A DNA stretch of 64,000 bases from an uncultured Gammaproteobacteria bacterium (GTDB lineage Bacteria > Patescibacteriota > Microgenomatia > UBA12405). The position numbers and the translations under genes are program-made. The stretch's first letter is position 1; each line of letters starts with the position of its first letter. The notes beneath the pieces were generated by a model. That model was not told the DNA's origin and did no database searches. It was given only the letters and a program-made list of their open reading frames with translations. Shown piece after piece: positions 1 to 9,139 of the stretch. The stretch lies in contig CAZCYZ010000002.1 of the NCBI GenBank assembly GCA_964503465.1, positions 6,995 through 70,994 of the forward strand, written 5' to 3'.

Positions 1-290
1 TGATTGACCGAGAGGCAAAGGACCGGTTTTTTGGCCTGAATAGCCAAGGTGGCTTCGTGGCCTAACTGAAAATCCTCTTGGCTGATCTCGATGACAATGG
101 CATCGGCCCAAGAAATGCCTTGACGAATGGCTTGATAATGAGCTTGGGGGTCAATGGAAGGGTGGGGAAAGCGGGTCAACTCGGGAGATTCAAGTTCAAT
201 GGGATGGGATTGAAGAGCTGATAAGACTTGATTGTAATTCGGTTGATATTTGTCCTTACCCCAAAAGGAAGCGGTGTAAAAAATTTTCAT
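1..290 (-). CDS. Nucleoside 2-deoxyribosyltransferase-like protein (partial, runs off window start)
   Basis: Manual translation from ATG at 290: MKIFYTASFWGKDKY...WADAIVIEISQEDFQLGHEATLAIQAKKPVLCL. The ADxxVxE...GxE...A...KPVL pattern fits the NDT-like fold. Not in the ORF track because it is truncated. Confidence 0.65.
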   Translation of the reverse strand, partial: MKIFYTASFWGKDKYQPNYNQVLSALQSHPIELESPELTRFPHPSIDPQAHYQAIRQGISWADAIVIEISQEDFQLGHEATLAIQAKKPVLCLSVN

Positions 291-459
291 ATGTATGTAT
301 GTAGAGTATTTGTTTGATTATACCGTATGGTGGGGTTATATTACAATACGTATGAAAAAAGAGAGAACAACTATAATGATAATTGCAGAGATGAATGTAC
401 CGGAGGATTTACGTTTAAGTTTATTATCGGCGCACGTCAAATTGAGGCAGCGATACAAT

Positions 460-1287
460 TTATGGTTGGCAAATCGAAGAGTCGTTGGAGACAACCATGG
501 CCAGGCGATCGATTCCAAGGCCGCAGCCGGCACAGGGGGGAATGGGTCCCCAGGGGACGGTAATTGATGGCTTAAGGTTTTCGGTGCAACCGTTGGCAAT
601 TTCGACACGGTTGATATAGAGTTCAAAACGTTCGCTTAAGGGGACTCGCAACGATTTTTTTCCGTGCTCACGCGTTGGCGCTTCGCTGACATGATTGCGC
701 GCGGAAAAAAACATTGCTGCGTCCTCTTTGCTCACTTCCGCCAGTGGAGATAAATAGGCCGGATAGCCAACGATAAAAGTGGGGTCGGTGGGAAGTTTTG
801 GTTCGACCTGGTTTAAAAATTGCTGATTAAAGTCGGGCTCGTTGTCGGGATAGGTTTTAAAATATTTTTTAAGCGACAGGTTTTTAAAATTCCTAAAGTT
901 GAAAGTGTGGAGAAGTTGTTGGGTGGTCACCATAATATCGGTGTAGTTTTTGCCGATTTCGTACCATTCGAGCATTAAAAATTCAGGATTATGGTGTGGT
1001 CCTATATTTTCAAGATTTCGAAAGCAGGGACTGATGGCAAAACAATTGCCCAGACCTTGAGAAATCATTTGTTTGAGATAATTTTCGGGGGATGTGGCCA
1101 GAAAATAGTTAACTGGTTTGCCGCGGGATGGTGTCCATTTGGTAGTAAATGGGTAAATATTCGGTTCGATAGGGATGGAGCGATTAAGAATAGGAATAGT
1201 AACTTCGGCAAATTCGCGGTCAAGAAAAAACTGACGGCAGGCAGAAATAATAGATTGTCTTATAGTAAGTTGATTACTGATTGGCAT
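460..1287 (-). CDS. epmA: EF-P lysine ligase EpmA/GenX-like (class II LysRS catalytic-domain paralog)
   Basis: LATSPENYLK, CFRNLE...HHNPEFLMLEWY, ERFELYINRVEIANG and GLGIDRL motifs; no anticodon-binding domain. Confidence 0.8.
   Translation of the reverse strand: MPISNQLTIRQSIISACRQFFLDREFAEVTIPILNRSIPIEPNIYPFTTKWTPSRGKPVNYFLATSPENYLKQMISQGLGNCFAISPCFRNLENIGPHHNPEFLMLEWYEIGKNYTDIMVTTQQLLHTFNFRNFKNLSLKKYFKTYPDNEPDFNQQFLNQVEPKLPTDPTFIVGYPAYLSPLAEVSKEDAAMFFSARNHVSEAPTREHGKKSLRVPLSERFELYINRVEIANGCTENLKPSITVPWGPIPPCAGCGLGIDRLAMVVSNDSSICQP
638..728. repeat. Palindromic element family A, in frame within the epmA-like gene
   Basis: Inverted arms AAGGGGAC/GTCCTCTT and TTTTTTTCCG/CGGAAAAAAA; shares CCGTGCTCACGC and ATGATTGCGCGCGGAAAA with the copy at 1347-1453. 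Confidence 0.75.
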
Positions 1288-2264
1288 GAGGAGACATTTA
1301 ATTGTTTAATACAACCACAAAGAAAATCGGGTTGGCAACAGCCGTGGCAGGTTCTCTTGTGCTCGCACACAAATTTTGCCGTGCTCACGCCCTCGTACGA
1401 ACACCACTCGGATGATTGCGCGCGGAAAATTTGTGATGCTTCGCCGAACCTGCATTTTTGACAGCTTGATAAACTATTGGTGAAATTTTTAATTATTTTA
1501 TCAACCGGGTCACTGATGGAGGCCAGAGGAACTGATGATTCGCAACAGCCATAAATGTAGCCATCGGATTGGAGGGCCAGTTGGAAGCAACCAAAGTTTT
1601 TTGAAGGGTAAGTGGGGTAGTGGCGAAGAAGATTGAGGGTTTGGTCGGCAGAAAGAGAATTGAGTCTGTCAACTAAATAAGTAATCTTTAGATTAAACAA
1701 ATTAAATTTGTCGATGTGTTGGTAGGAATCTTTGGTGACAAGATAGAAAATTCCCACCGGAAAACCAAGGTCAAGAGCGTGGCGGACAAACTTAACTGAC
1801 TTGTCGAAATTGCCGTTTCCTCGATTGGCATCATGAGTATCTTTGGGCCCGTCAAAAGAAACGATAAGTTGGCAATTGGCGGGATCGGAAATTTCGGAGA
1901 GACGATCGATAGTGCCGTTGGTGATGATGGTAATAAAGATGTGATTGGCCAAAAGTTGGTTGACGAGTTTGGGAAAATCACCAAGGGTAAAGACTTCGCC
2001 GCCACAAAAAAGGATAGATTTAAGGTTTAAACCCCTCCTTAATCCTCCCCTTGAAGAAAGGGAGGACATTTGTTGAAGGTGTTGACGATATTTGGAAACA
2101 AATTTCAGGATTTGGGTGTTGGATAAGACCTGTTTGGTTTTGGTGGTGTAGCAATATTTACAATTTAGATTGCAGGATTCGAGAGGAGAGATGTAAATGT
2201 TCTCAAGCGATCTAGCGATGTGACGAGATGTTAATCTTTGGTGGGTTGAGGGTACCGGGGACAT
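1260..2264 (-). CDS. Radical SAM protein with C-terminal Cys-rich (SPASM/Twitch-like) region
   Basis: CNLNCKYC (CxxxCxxC), GGE, ITNGT, VSFDG...HDANRG.GNF motifs; additional C-terminal Cys clusters. Confidence 0.88.
   Translation of the reverse strand: MSPVPSTHQRLTSRHIARSLENIYISPLESCNLNCKYCYTTKTKQVLSNTQILKFVSKYRQHLQQMSSLSSRGGLRRGLNLKSILFCGGEVFTLGDFPKLVNQLLANHIFITIITNGTIDRLSEISDPANCQLIVSFDGPKDTHDANRGNGNFDKSVKFVRHALDLGFPVGIFYLVTKDSYQHIDKFNLFNLKITYLVDRLNSLSADQTLNLLRHYPTYPSKNFGCFQLALQSDGYIYGCCESSVPLASISDPVDKIIKNFTNSLSSCQKCRFGEASQIFRAQSSEWCSYEGVSTAKFVCEHKRTCHGCCQPDFLCGCIKQLNVSSCQSVINLL
1347..1453. repeat. Palindromic element family A, in frame within the radical SAM gene
   Basis: Arms GCAGGTTC/GAACCTGC and CACAAATTTT/AAAATTTGTG; 12-nt and 18-nt exact motifs shared with 638-728. 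Confidence 0.75.
2029..2066. repeat. Palindromic element family B, in frame within the radical SAM gene
   Basis: Reverse complement shares 22 nt (TCCTCCCTTTCTTCAAGGGGAG) plus GGAGGGGTTT with intergenic 40153-40207. Confidence 0.75.
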
Positions 2265-2554
2265 TTGGGGGGAATGGAGGGTCTTGACTTACTAACAACA
2301 CTGCATTTGATATCATTTTCAAGTTTAAAATGTCGAGCTAGACTACTGGCGGTTAAACTAGGGCGGGCTTCTTGTACGGCACTGACGGCATCGAGGGAGA
2401 TTTGGCAACCTGGGGATTTTCTTGAACCCATATAGGAGTTAAGAAAGAGTAGGTGTGTGCAGCCAAGTTTGGAACAGATTTCGGCTGTATCGGAATCAAG
2501 AACGGAGGCATGATATACCTCTAATTGTCGTGCAAATTCTCTTATCCGACTCAT
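2231..2554 (-). CDS. Hypothetical protein
   Basis: 107-aa ATG ORF filling the gap between rpmG and the radical SAM gene, same strand. Confidence 0.5.
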   Translation of the reverse strand: MSRIREFARQLEVYHASVLDSDTAEICSKLGCTHLLFLNSYMGSRKSPGCQISLDAVSAVQEARPSLTASSLARHFKLENDIKCSVVSKSRPSIPPKCPRYPQPTKD

Positions 2555-2563
2555 TGAAATTAA

Positions 2564-2743
2564 TTACTTTAATTTGGTTGATTCTTTGTGCTCGGTACGC
2601 TTGCGACACCAACGGCAATATTTCATGAATTTGAGTTTATCGGGGGTGTTGGTTTTGTTCTTTTCGGAAAGATAATTTTGAGCGCCACAGACGCCACAGA
2701 GAAGGGCAATCAAAATACGAGGTGTTTTCTTTGCTTTGGCCAT
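2564..2743 (-). CDS. rpmG: 50S ribosomal protein L33 (zinc-ribbon type)
   Basis: MAKAKKTPRILIALLCGVCGAQNY...KNK.NTPDKL.FMKYCRWCRKRTEHKE; start set at ATG 2743, 7 nt after TATAAT. Confidence 0.95.
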   Translation of the reverse strand: MAKAKKTPRILIALLCGVCGAQNYLSEKNKTNTPDKLKFMKYCRWCRKRTEHKESTKLK

Positions 2744-2751
2744 GGGATAGA

Positions 2752-3588
2752 TTATAGCAGATGGTGGTCGAAAATGGTTTTGGCAAGAATGTTGCAAAAA
2801 AATTGGACGCCGGCGGCAGAGGGGTGGATATAATCAGAACGGTTAATAAAGTCAGGATTACCGTTTTGATTGACAAGGGAGGGATGATAAGCATCGGCTA
2901 GAGGAAGATTTTTGGATTTGGCAAACTTGATAAAGTTGTCAAAATACAGCTTGATAGTGGAAGTTTTTTCGAGGCGTTCCAGGGCGGAGAGATGAAGATC
3001 TTTGACTCCCTGAGCAAAGTGAACCGAATCAGGAGTAATTGTGGTAGCCAGAATAATGGCAGTATTGGGGAGTTGCTGACGGATGAGAGTGACAATGGAA
3101 TCAAGCTGTTGGCGGTGTTGATCAAAACCTGATTGAGTGTTGCCGTAATTGTTGTAGGCAAAAGATTCAATAACGACGACGTCGGGCTGTTGATTGATGA
3201 TGATGGGGAGGCGGTTTTGGGCGAAGGCTAGAGTGGTGGCGCCACGGCCAAAGTTGAGGATATTAAATTTAATATTGGAATAGTATTTTTGAAGGGCGGT
3301 GGCTAGGGTGGGAATGTTTTGACCCAAAGTTTCGATCATGGAATCACCAATGACGGCAATGGTGACAACCCTGCCATCGCCACCGATAGGTGGTGACTGA
3401 GGGTTGGTGGTGGAAACACCTAGGACTTGAGGGATAGGTGAAGGGGTGGGAGTAGAGAAGTTGGGTGGTGAGTAATAATAATTTGGTTGGTAGGAATAAA
3501 GTAGTTGAAAACTGATTGGAAGTTGAGCTAGAGTGATGGCGGAGGAACGCAGGAAAAGGAAAAATAGGGCGACTAAAAAAACAATCAT
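2752..3588 (-). CDS. SGNH/GDSL hydrolase, probably membrane-anchored or secreted
   Basis: Block I IGDS, block III YNN, block V DYIHP; hydrophobic N-terminus and Pro/Thr linker. Start uncertain (ORF open to 3681). Confidence 0.8.
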   Translation of the reverse strand: MIVFLVALFFLFLRSSAITLAQLPISFQLLYSYQPNYYYSPPNFSTPTPSPIPQVLGVSTTNPQSPPIGGDGRVVTIAVIGDSMIETLGQNIPTLATALQKYYSNIKFNILNFGRGATTLAFAQNRLPIIINQQPDVVVIESFAYNNYGNTQSGFDQHRQQLDSIVTLIRQQLPNTAIILATTITPDSVHFAQGVKDLHLSALERLEKTSTIKLYFDNFIKFAKSKNLPLADAYHPSLVNQNGNPDFINRSDYIHPSAAGVQFFCNILAKTIFDHHLL

Positions 3589-4438
3589 GTCTAAAGAGGA
3601 TAACAGGAGATATCCGGTAGTATCAACCGCGATGGGAATTGGGGTGGGAGTGTTTTTTAATGGGATGAGGCGACCGGGCAAGGATGGAGTTGAAGCAGTG
3701 AGGCGATTTTTTAGATATTCTTTGGTGGATGTTGATGCGGTGGGTGATGGGTTAAACTACCCCAAAGGGAGTAGTAGGATTGAGGGAACGATTAGAAACT
3801 ATCATCCTGATTTGTTTGCTGGTGATGAGGTGGTAACGGTGGTTGAGTTTGAGAGACGATTGAAGGAGAAATTAAAGGTTGAAGGGATTCCGCTAATAGC
3901 TAAGGACTGGTTTGTTACCAATATTGTGTGGGAATATTTAATGGGTGGGGGAACAATAGAGGAATTACCAAATGAGTGGAAGAAGGACGAGTATTTGAGG
4001 GTGAATTTGAACGGGAGGCAAATTGGTTGTCCAACTGATAAGTGTGTGGTTTCGTGGAATGAATGGGCGAGGGAAGAGAGAATATTTGTTTATCGGGTAG
4101 TGACAGGGTATAAATTTACAGAAACGTTCTTGAGGTGTTTGGGTCCGGAATTTAGGAATGTTGAGTCGGTGTTTGGAGCAACGACAATATATCAAATTAT
4201 GACTGACAGATACCATTGTAAAAATCCGGGTGAACCATTATTTTCGGAACTAGTGGATGAAATTAGGAAAAGATGTGATTATAGTGATTGGGAGGAGGCG
4301 AGGCTGGTTGGGAGAATGACTCGAATTTGGCCAATTTTGACAATGGCCGGAACGGTAGCGGCGGGAATAATCTGCCGGGCCGGACGGGGTCGGGAGGAAT
4401 GGGCAAAAAGGCAATGTTTAGTGGCTGGTGAGCTCTGA
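3587..4438 (+). CDS. Hypothetical protein
   Basis: Long open frame (3533-4438) with no recognisable motif; start uncertain. Confidence 0.55.
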   Translation: MSKEDNRRYPVVSTAMGIGVGVFFNGMRRPGKDGVEAVRRFFRYSLVDVDAVGDGLNYPKGSSRIEGTIRNYHPDLFAGDEVVTVVEFERRLKEKLKVEGIPLIAKDWFVTNIVWEYLMGGGTIEELPNEWKKDEYLRVNLNGRQIGCPTDKCVVSWNEWAREERIFVYRVVTGYKFTETFLRCLGPEFRNVESVFGATTIYQIMTDRYHCKNPGEPLFSELVDEIRKRCDYSDWEEARLVGRMTRIWPILTMAGTVAAGIICRAGRGREEWAKRQCLVAGEL

Positions 4439-4726
4439 TTTGTATTTTTCCAATTGACGGCTAACCTGGTGTTCGAGGTGAATGATTGCCGAACGAAGAA
4501 GAAGATGTTGGGACGAAGCGTAAACGTGTTCGTGGCCAGGAAGGGACATGTCAAAGGTAACTTTGAAAATACCAATTTTATTACGTTGAATATTGAGTTG
4601 AGCTATTTTGACATCGTTATCGAAGTGGGAAAGAAGACGGTCGAGTTTGGTGGCAAGTTTGTCGTCGATAAGTCGACGGGTGCGGTCGGTTAAGGGATAG
4701 CGATCACAGCTGATCTGGATATTCAT
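4418..4726 (-). CDS. hpf: Ribosome hibernation factor HPF/RaiA
   Basis: MNIQIS...LT...IDDKL..KLDR...VYAS...L.SAI..L...V.RQLEKYK pattern of the S30AE family. Confidence 0.8.
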   Translation of the reverse strand: MNIQISCDRYPLTDRTRRLIDDKLATKLDRLLSHFDNDVKIAQLNIQRNKIGIFKVTFDMSLPGHEHVYASSQHLLLRSAIIHLEHQVSRQLEKYKSELTSH

Positions 4727-4888
4727 GGGTGAGTTTTAATTAGTAATTGGTGAGATCCGGGAAAGTCAAGGTAAGCAGAGTCAAAACACAAATTAAGCAC
4801 TTGGAACAAGTATAACAAAATATTGTAAGGGTTAGAAACTGGACATAATTGATAGTTAATGTTATATAGAGATACATTTGGTGTGTAT

Positions 4889-5668
4889 ATGAAGAAAGAA
4901 TTAAAACTAGCTCATGTCCATATCGAAAAAACCGGAGGAACCTCTTTGCAAAAGTGGTTGGCGGACTCCTTTGGGGGGAAACATGTTTTTCAGTGGGATG
5001 GGACAGTGGGGGCGTTTATGTGTATGGATGATATTTTTGAGGTGAGAACAAACCCAACACTTCACCTTATAAGGGAGAAACTGGGGAAGACCAGATTGAT
5101 GCGGGTGGCCTATGGTTTATATCGGGGGGCTTATAGAATGTCGTTGTCAAGGGCAGAGAAGGTGGCCGATGTGGCCGCACTACCCAGTTCGGCTCGTGTT
5201 GTTATTGGACACGTAACAATATCTCAATATGAAGGTTTGGGAAGTAATTGGCTAAAGACGACAGTAGTGAGAGAACCTCTGGAGAGGTCGTGGTCACAGT
5301 ATGAACATTGGCAACGAACAAGAGGGAGCCGGGGGTGGAGGGTGGATTTACCCTATGATCCTACGATTGGTGCGTTTGGTTATATGACTCAACCGTGTTA
5401 TTTGGATTATCAGCGAAAAGCAGTAGGGGAGGACTTATCGGTATATGGAGTGGTGGGTGTTTGTGAGGATCTGGGTGGTTTTGTTGGTAGGGTGGCTGGC
5501 TTAATGGAGGGTAGACGCCGGGAGGGCGAAATTGGACGTTTGAATTGTGCTCCGAGAAAGAAGGGAGTAGACGAAGTGTTAACTCAAGAGCAGATTGAGG
5601 AATTTAAGGGGCTTAACGAAGGTGATTACCGCCTGTATGACGATATTCGGCGAAGGCTGAGAAGTTAG
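4889..5668 (+). CDS. Sulfotransferase-family protein
   Basis: HIEKTGGTS (5'-PSB loop) and VREPLERSWSQY (3'-PB motif); C-terminal N..DY.LY. Confidence 0.78.
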   Translation: MKKELKLAHVHIEKTGGTSLQKWLADSFGGKHVFQWDGTVGAFMCMDDIFEVRTNPTLHLIREKLGKTRLMRVAYGLYRGAYRMSLSRAEKVADVAALPSSARVVIGHVTISQYEGLGSNWLKTTVVREPLERSWSQYEHWQRTRGSRGWRVDLPYDPTIGAFGYMTQPCYLDYQRKAVGEDLSVYGVVGVCEDLGGFVGRVAGLMEGRRREGEIGRLNCAPRKKGVDEVLTQEQIEEFKGLNEGDYRLYDDIRRRLRS

Positions 5669-5682
5669 TGATGGTATACAGG

Positions 5683-5765
5683 CGGAGAGGACAGGAGTCG
5701 AACCTGCATGCCATTGCTGGCGCTTGTTTTCAAAACAAGTTCCTTACCATTCGGAGCACCTCTCC
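5683..5765 (-). tRNA. tRNA-Ser(TGA)
   Basis: Reverse complement GGAGAGG...CTTGT-TTTGAAA-ACAAG, long variable arm, GGTTCGACTCC, CCTCTCC-G. Confidence 0.95.
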
Positions 5766-5775
5766 TTAAAAAATT

Positions 5776-5851
5776 TGGAGCCCGGAAAGGAACTTGAATC
5801 CTTGACCTTCCCCTTACCAAGGGGATGCTCTACCAACTGAGCTATCCGGGC
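5776..5851 (-). tRNA. tRNA-Thr(GGT)
   Basis: Reverse complement GCCCGGA-TAGCTCAGTTGGTAGAGC-A-TCCCC-TTGGTAA-GGGGA...TTCAAG...TCCGGGC-TCCA. Confidence 0.95.
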
Positions 5852-5907
5852 GAGTAAGTTATTGTAGCAAAAGGGTGGAGGATGGGAGAAGATGATATAA
5901 TTTGACT

Positions 5908-7116
5908 ATGAAAAAGATACTAATGGAGATAGTCAAGAAATTACCATTAGTGGTTTGGATAGGGATGTTGTCGATTGCCAGCTGGGGTTTTGCGGTCAGA
6001 ATGTCGAGTCGCAACCAGGGAAGTTATGTACGAAGCCGAAGAAGCGAAGTGATGACTAACTGGGGGGCAAACTTGGATCAAAAATCCCCCTACCTTAAGT
6101 CAGAAGTATATTATGAAGGTGGAATAAAAAATGTTGAAGACGATAAGGTGGTGGCCAAGAATGTGAAGGTAGGTAGTAGCTTGGTGAAGGCCAAAATAAA
6201 AATGGACTCGCGGCGAAAAGGTTTGGCATATTTTCCGACTTTTGTGACCGATTTTGAGGGTATTTATAAGGTAAAAAACGAAAGCAGTCGAAACGTAAAA
6301 GCTTATTTGAACTTTCCCTTACCTGGAAGTGGTAATTTGGTGTGGAATGTGGAGGTATTGGCTAATGGTAGTAGTGAGGGAGCAGTAATTAACAGTCGGG
6401 AGTTGGCTTGGAGTGGGTTGATGAAGGCAGGGGAGGAAAAGGAAGTAGTGGTGCGATATGCGGCCAGGGGGATGGAGGAATTTTCCTATTCGTTGGCGGA
6501 AAGTAGCGGATTACAGGATTTTTATTTGCAGGTGGAAGTGGATGGGGCTGATAGGATCGATTTTCCCAGCGGGGCTTTGTCGCCGGTTAAAAGTGTTGAG
6601 GATAGTGAAAACAAAAAATGGAATTTGGAATGGAAGTTTGACAAAGTGTTAACCAGTCCCGAAATTACTGTCAAAACTTTTGCCAAACAAAATATTTCGG
6701 AACAAGTGGCTAAGCTTTTTTGGGTGGCACCGTTGTTGCTGGTGGCTTTCCTGATGGCGATTATTGGACTTGGGTTTTATAGAGGAAAATCAGTAGCGAC
6801 TTTCGACAATATGGTGATGTCGGCATTGTATATGGTCTATTATCCGTTATTGGCTTATGTAGTAAGTGTTTTTGAAAATATTAATATTTACCAGGGACTG
6901 GCAATTTCGGCAGGAGTGATTAGCTTGATATTGGGGTATTATTATCGGTTTTTGTTTGATACCAAATGGGCACTAACAACCGGAGTGATGTTGCAAGTTA
7001 TTTTTATGGCATTCTTCCCAGTGGCGATGCTGATTCCGCAGTTGACCGGATTTTTAGTGGTTTGCGGAGTGATTGCAATATTGGGGGTAGTGGTGAAATT
7101 AAGAGTGGAAAGATAA
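5908..7116 (+). CDS. CreD-like inner membrane protein
   Basis: N-terminal TM, large extracytoplasmic beta-rich domain (RRKGL.YFPTF..DF.G.Y, FPLP, DFPSG.LSP), C-terminal multi-TM bundle. Confidence 0.6.
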   Translation: MKKILMEIVKKLPLVVWIGMLSIASWGFAVRMSSRNQGSYVRSRRSEVMTNWGANLDQKSPYLKSEVYYEGGIKNVEDDKVVAKNVKVGSSLVKAKIKMDSRRKGLAYFPTFVTDFEGIYKVKNESSRNVKAYLNFPLPGSGNLVWNVEVLANGSSEGAVINSRELAWSGLMKAGEEKEVVVRYAARGMEEFSYSLAESSGLQDFYLQVEVDGADRIDFPSGALSPVKSVEDSENKKWNLEWKFDKVLTSPEITVKTFAKQNISEQVAKLFWVAPLLLVAFLMAIIGLGFYRGKSVATFDNMVMSALYMVYYPLLAYVVSVFENINIYQGLAISAGVISLILGYYYRFLFDTKWALTTGVMLQVIFMAFFPVAMLIPQLTGFLVVCGVIAILGVVVKLRVER

Positions 7117-7180
7117 GGCGGAAAACTATTTGGATGAGGTTGTGTAGTATTATGGGACATTAGTTTGGGATTGGTATATA

Positions 7181-7516
7181 ATGAAATCTGTGGGTAAAAT
7201 AGTGAAATTGACAGAGAATGTTGAAAAGTTTTTGAATAGGCAGGAAGAGAGACTAAGAGCAAAACTGTTACGACAATTGAAATACATTCAGGAATTTGGA
7301 TTGACCGTGAAAGTACCGAGCTTGAAGAAGTTGATTGGGACTGAGCTTTGGGAGGTAAGGGTGTTGGGCCGAGACAATGCTAGGCTAATGTGTTGGGAGA
7401 GTAATGAGGTAATCTGGGTGGTACATGGGTTTATCAAGAAAAAACAAAAGACAGACAAGGGAGACATTCAAGAGGCTTTAAGAATGGTGCAAAAATTATT
7501 GATGGTTGACATTTGA
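7181..7516 (+). CDS. Type II TA toxin, RelE/HigB (Gp49/DUF891-like)
   Basis: KKL.GTELWEVR...R...HGFIKKKQKT...I..A signature. Confidence 0.88.
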   Translation: MKSVGKIVKLTENVEKFLNRQEERLRAKLLRQLKYIQEFGLTVKVPSLKKLIGTELWEVRVLGRDNARLMCWESNEVIWVVHGFIKKKQKTDKGDIQEALRMVQKLLMVDI

Positions 7517-7534
7517 TATCTGATCGGGTATCAT
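7506..7534 (+). promoter_or_regulatory. Internal sigma70 promoter for the antitoxin, with an imperfect palindrome in the spacer
   Basis: TTGACA-N17-TATCAT, 6 nt before ATG 7541; GATATCTGATCGGGTATC is a candidate operator. Confidence 0.65.
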
Positions 7535-7540
7535 ACAGTT

Positions 7541-7819
7541 ATGAAAAATACGTCATTGGATGATTATTTGAAGAAACAGCTTATATCCGATTCTTTTAGG
7601 AAGGAATGGGAAAAGAGTGAGAGTCAGTACCAGTTGGTGAGGGCCTTGATTGCGACCAGATTGAGTAAAAAGGTATCACAAAGGGAACTGGCCAGGAAAG
7701 CGAAGACGACTCAGGCGGTGGTGTCAAGAATAGAACAGATGACAATGAGTCCGTCGTTGGGATTAGTTGATAGGTTGGCCGGTGCACTGGGAAAAAAATT
7801 GGTAATCGGATTGAGATAG
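7541..7819 (+). CDS. XRE-family HTH antitoxin (HigA-like)
   Basis: LI..RL....SQRELA....TTQAVVSRIE...SPSL..V.RLA.ALG; directly downstream of the toxin. Confidence 0.88.
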   Translation: MKNTSLDDYLKKQLISDSFRKEWEKSESQYQLVRALIATRLSKKVSQRELARKAKTTQAVVSRIEQMTMSPSLGLVDRLAGALGKKLVIGLR

Positions 7820-7860
7820 GGTATTGACGTGACTTGATACTCACACTAAAATAGTGGTAG

Positions 7861-9018
7861 ATGAAAAAAAGAAAAGTATATTTGGATTATGCGGCGACTA
7901 CGCCGGTGGATCCACGGGTGGTGAGGGCGATGTTGCCGTATTTTTATGATAGTTTTGGCAATACCATGTCGTTGCATCAATATGGTCGGGTCGAGGCGGA
8001 GGTGGTGGAAAAAATACGGGAGAAAGTAGCCAGGTTGGTTGGGGCTAAGACAGATGAAATAATTTTTACCGGGAGTGCAACTGAAAGTAATAATTTGGCT
8101 TTAAAGGGGTTGGCAGAAGCTAACCCAACAAAAAAGCAAATCATTATTTCGGCAATTGAACATGACTGTGTGCTAAAAAGCGCTGAATGGTTGGAGGGTA
8201 AGGGTTACAAAGTTGATAGGGTGGGAGTGGATCAATATGGACGGGTGAAGCTTGACGAATTGAAAAGATTATTGGGTGGGGAAACTTTGGTGGTGTCAAT
8301 AATTTTGGCCAACAATGAGGTGGGGACAGTTCAGGATGTTGAGGCGATTGGAAAACTTTGTCGAGACAAGGGGGTATACTTTCACACTGATGCTTCCCAG
8401 GCCTTGGGAAAAGTAAAAATTGAAGTAAATGAACAACAAATTGATTTGTTGACGGCTTCGAGTCATAAAATTTATGGCCCCAAAGGAGTGGCGGTGTTGT
8501 ACGTTCGGGAAGGAACAAAATTGACGCCAATACTCCATGGCGGTGGACATGAGGGAGGATTACGGTCGTCAACGGTCAACGTGCCGGCAATTGTGGGTCT
8601 TGGAAAAGCAATTGATTTGGATCAAAAACTAAATATTAAAAATCAAAAATTAAGTGAATTGAGGGACAGATTGGTGGAAGGAGTGTTAAAAAATATCCCT
8701 GGAACGAAGTTAAACGGAGATTCAGATCATCGACTGCCTAATATTGCCAATATTTCCTTTGACTATATTGAAGGGGAAGGAGTGGTGTTGGAGCTGGATA
8801 GAATGGGGGTGATGGTGTCGACTGGATCGGCTTGTTCCTCGACCAGTTTGGAGCCAAGTCATGTGTTGTTGGCGATGGGGTTGACACATCAACAAGCTCA
8901 TGGGTCATTGCGGTTTAGTGTTGGCAGGTGGACAACTAAAAGTGAGATTGATTATGTGTTGACGGTGTTGCCAAAAATTGTGGCCAAATTTAGAAAAATT
9001 TCACCTTATAAGTTATGA
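7861..9018 (+). CDS. iscS: Cysteine desulfurase IscS/NifS
   Basis: YLDYAATTP, FTGSATESNN, SSHKIYGPKG (PLP Lys), STGSACSS (catalytic Cys). Confidence 0.95.
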   Translation: MKKRKVYLDYAATTPVDPRVVRAMLPYFYDSFGNTMSLHQYGRVEAEVVEKIREKVARLVGAKTDEIIFTGSATESNNLALKGLAEANPTKKQIIISAIEHDCVLKSAEWLEGKGYKVDRVGVDQYGRVKLDELKRLLGGETLVVSIILANNEVGTVQDVEAIGKLCRDKGVYFHTDASQALGKVKIEVNEQQIDLLTASSHKIYGPKGVAVLYVREGTKLTPILHGGGHEGGLRSSTVNVPAIVGLGKAIDLDQKLNIKNQKLSELRDRLVEGVLKNIPGTKLNGDSDHRLPNIANISFDYIEGEGVVLELDRMGVMVSTGSACSSTSLEPSHVLLAMGLTHQQAHGSLRFSVGRWTTKSEIDYVLTVLPKIVAKFRKISPYKL

Positions 9019-9131
9019 AAATTCCTAGCTTGCAACAAATTTTTTGCAGTACTCGCTACCTTCGGGCTCCGATCCTGCGGTTCTCGCGTTCGCTGCGTGC
9101 TGAAAAAATTGTTGCGGCGCTGTCATTTTCA
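9016..9131. repeat. Intergenic palindromic element, family A-like
   Basis: TGAAAAT/ATTTTCA outer arms, GCAACAA-T-tract / A-tract-TTGTTGC inner arms, GC-rich centre. Confidence 0.6.
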
Positions 9132-9139
9132 CTTAATTG

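Noticed and set aside
3586-3589. Divergent genes sharing one CATG as both start codons
   Set aside because: Both starts are uncertain and several alternative starts exist, so the overlap cannot be supported.
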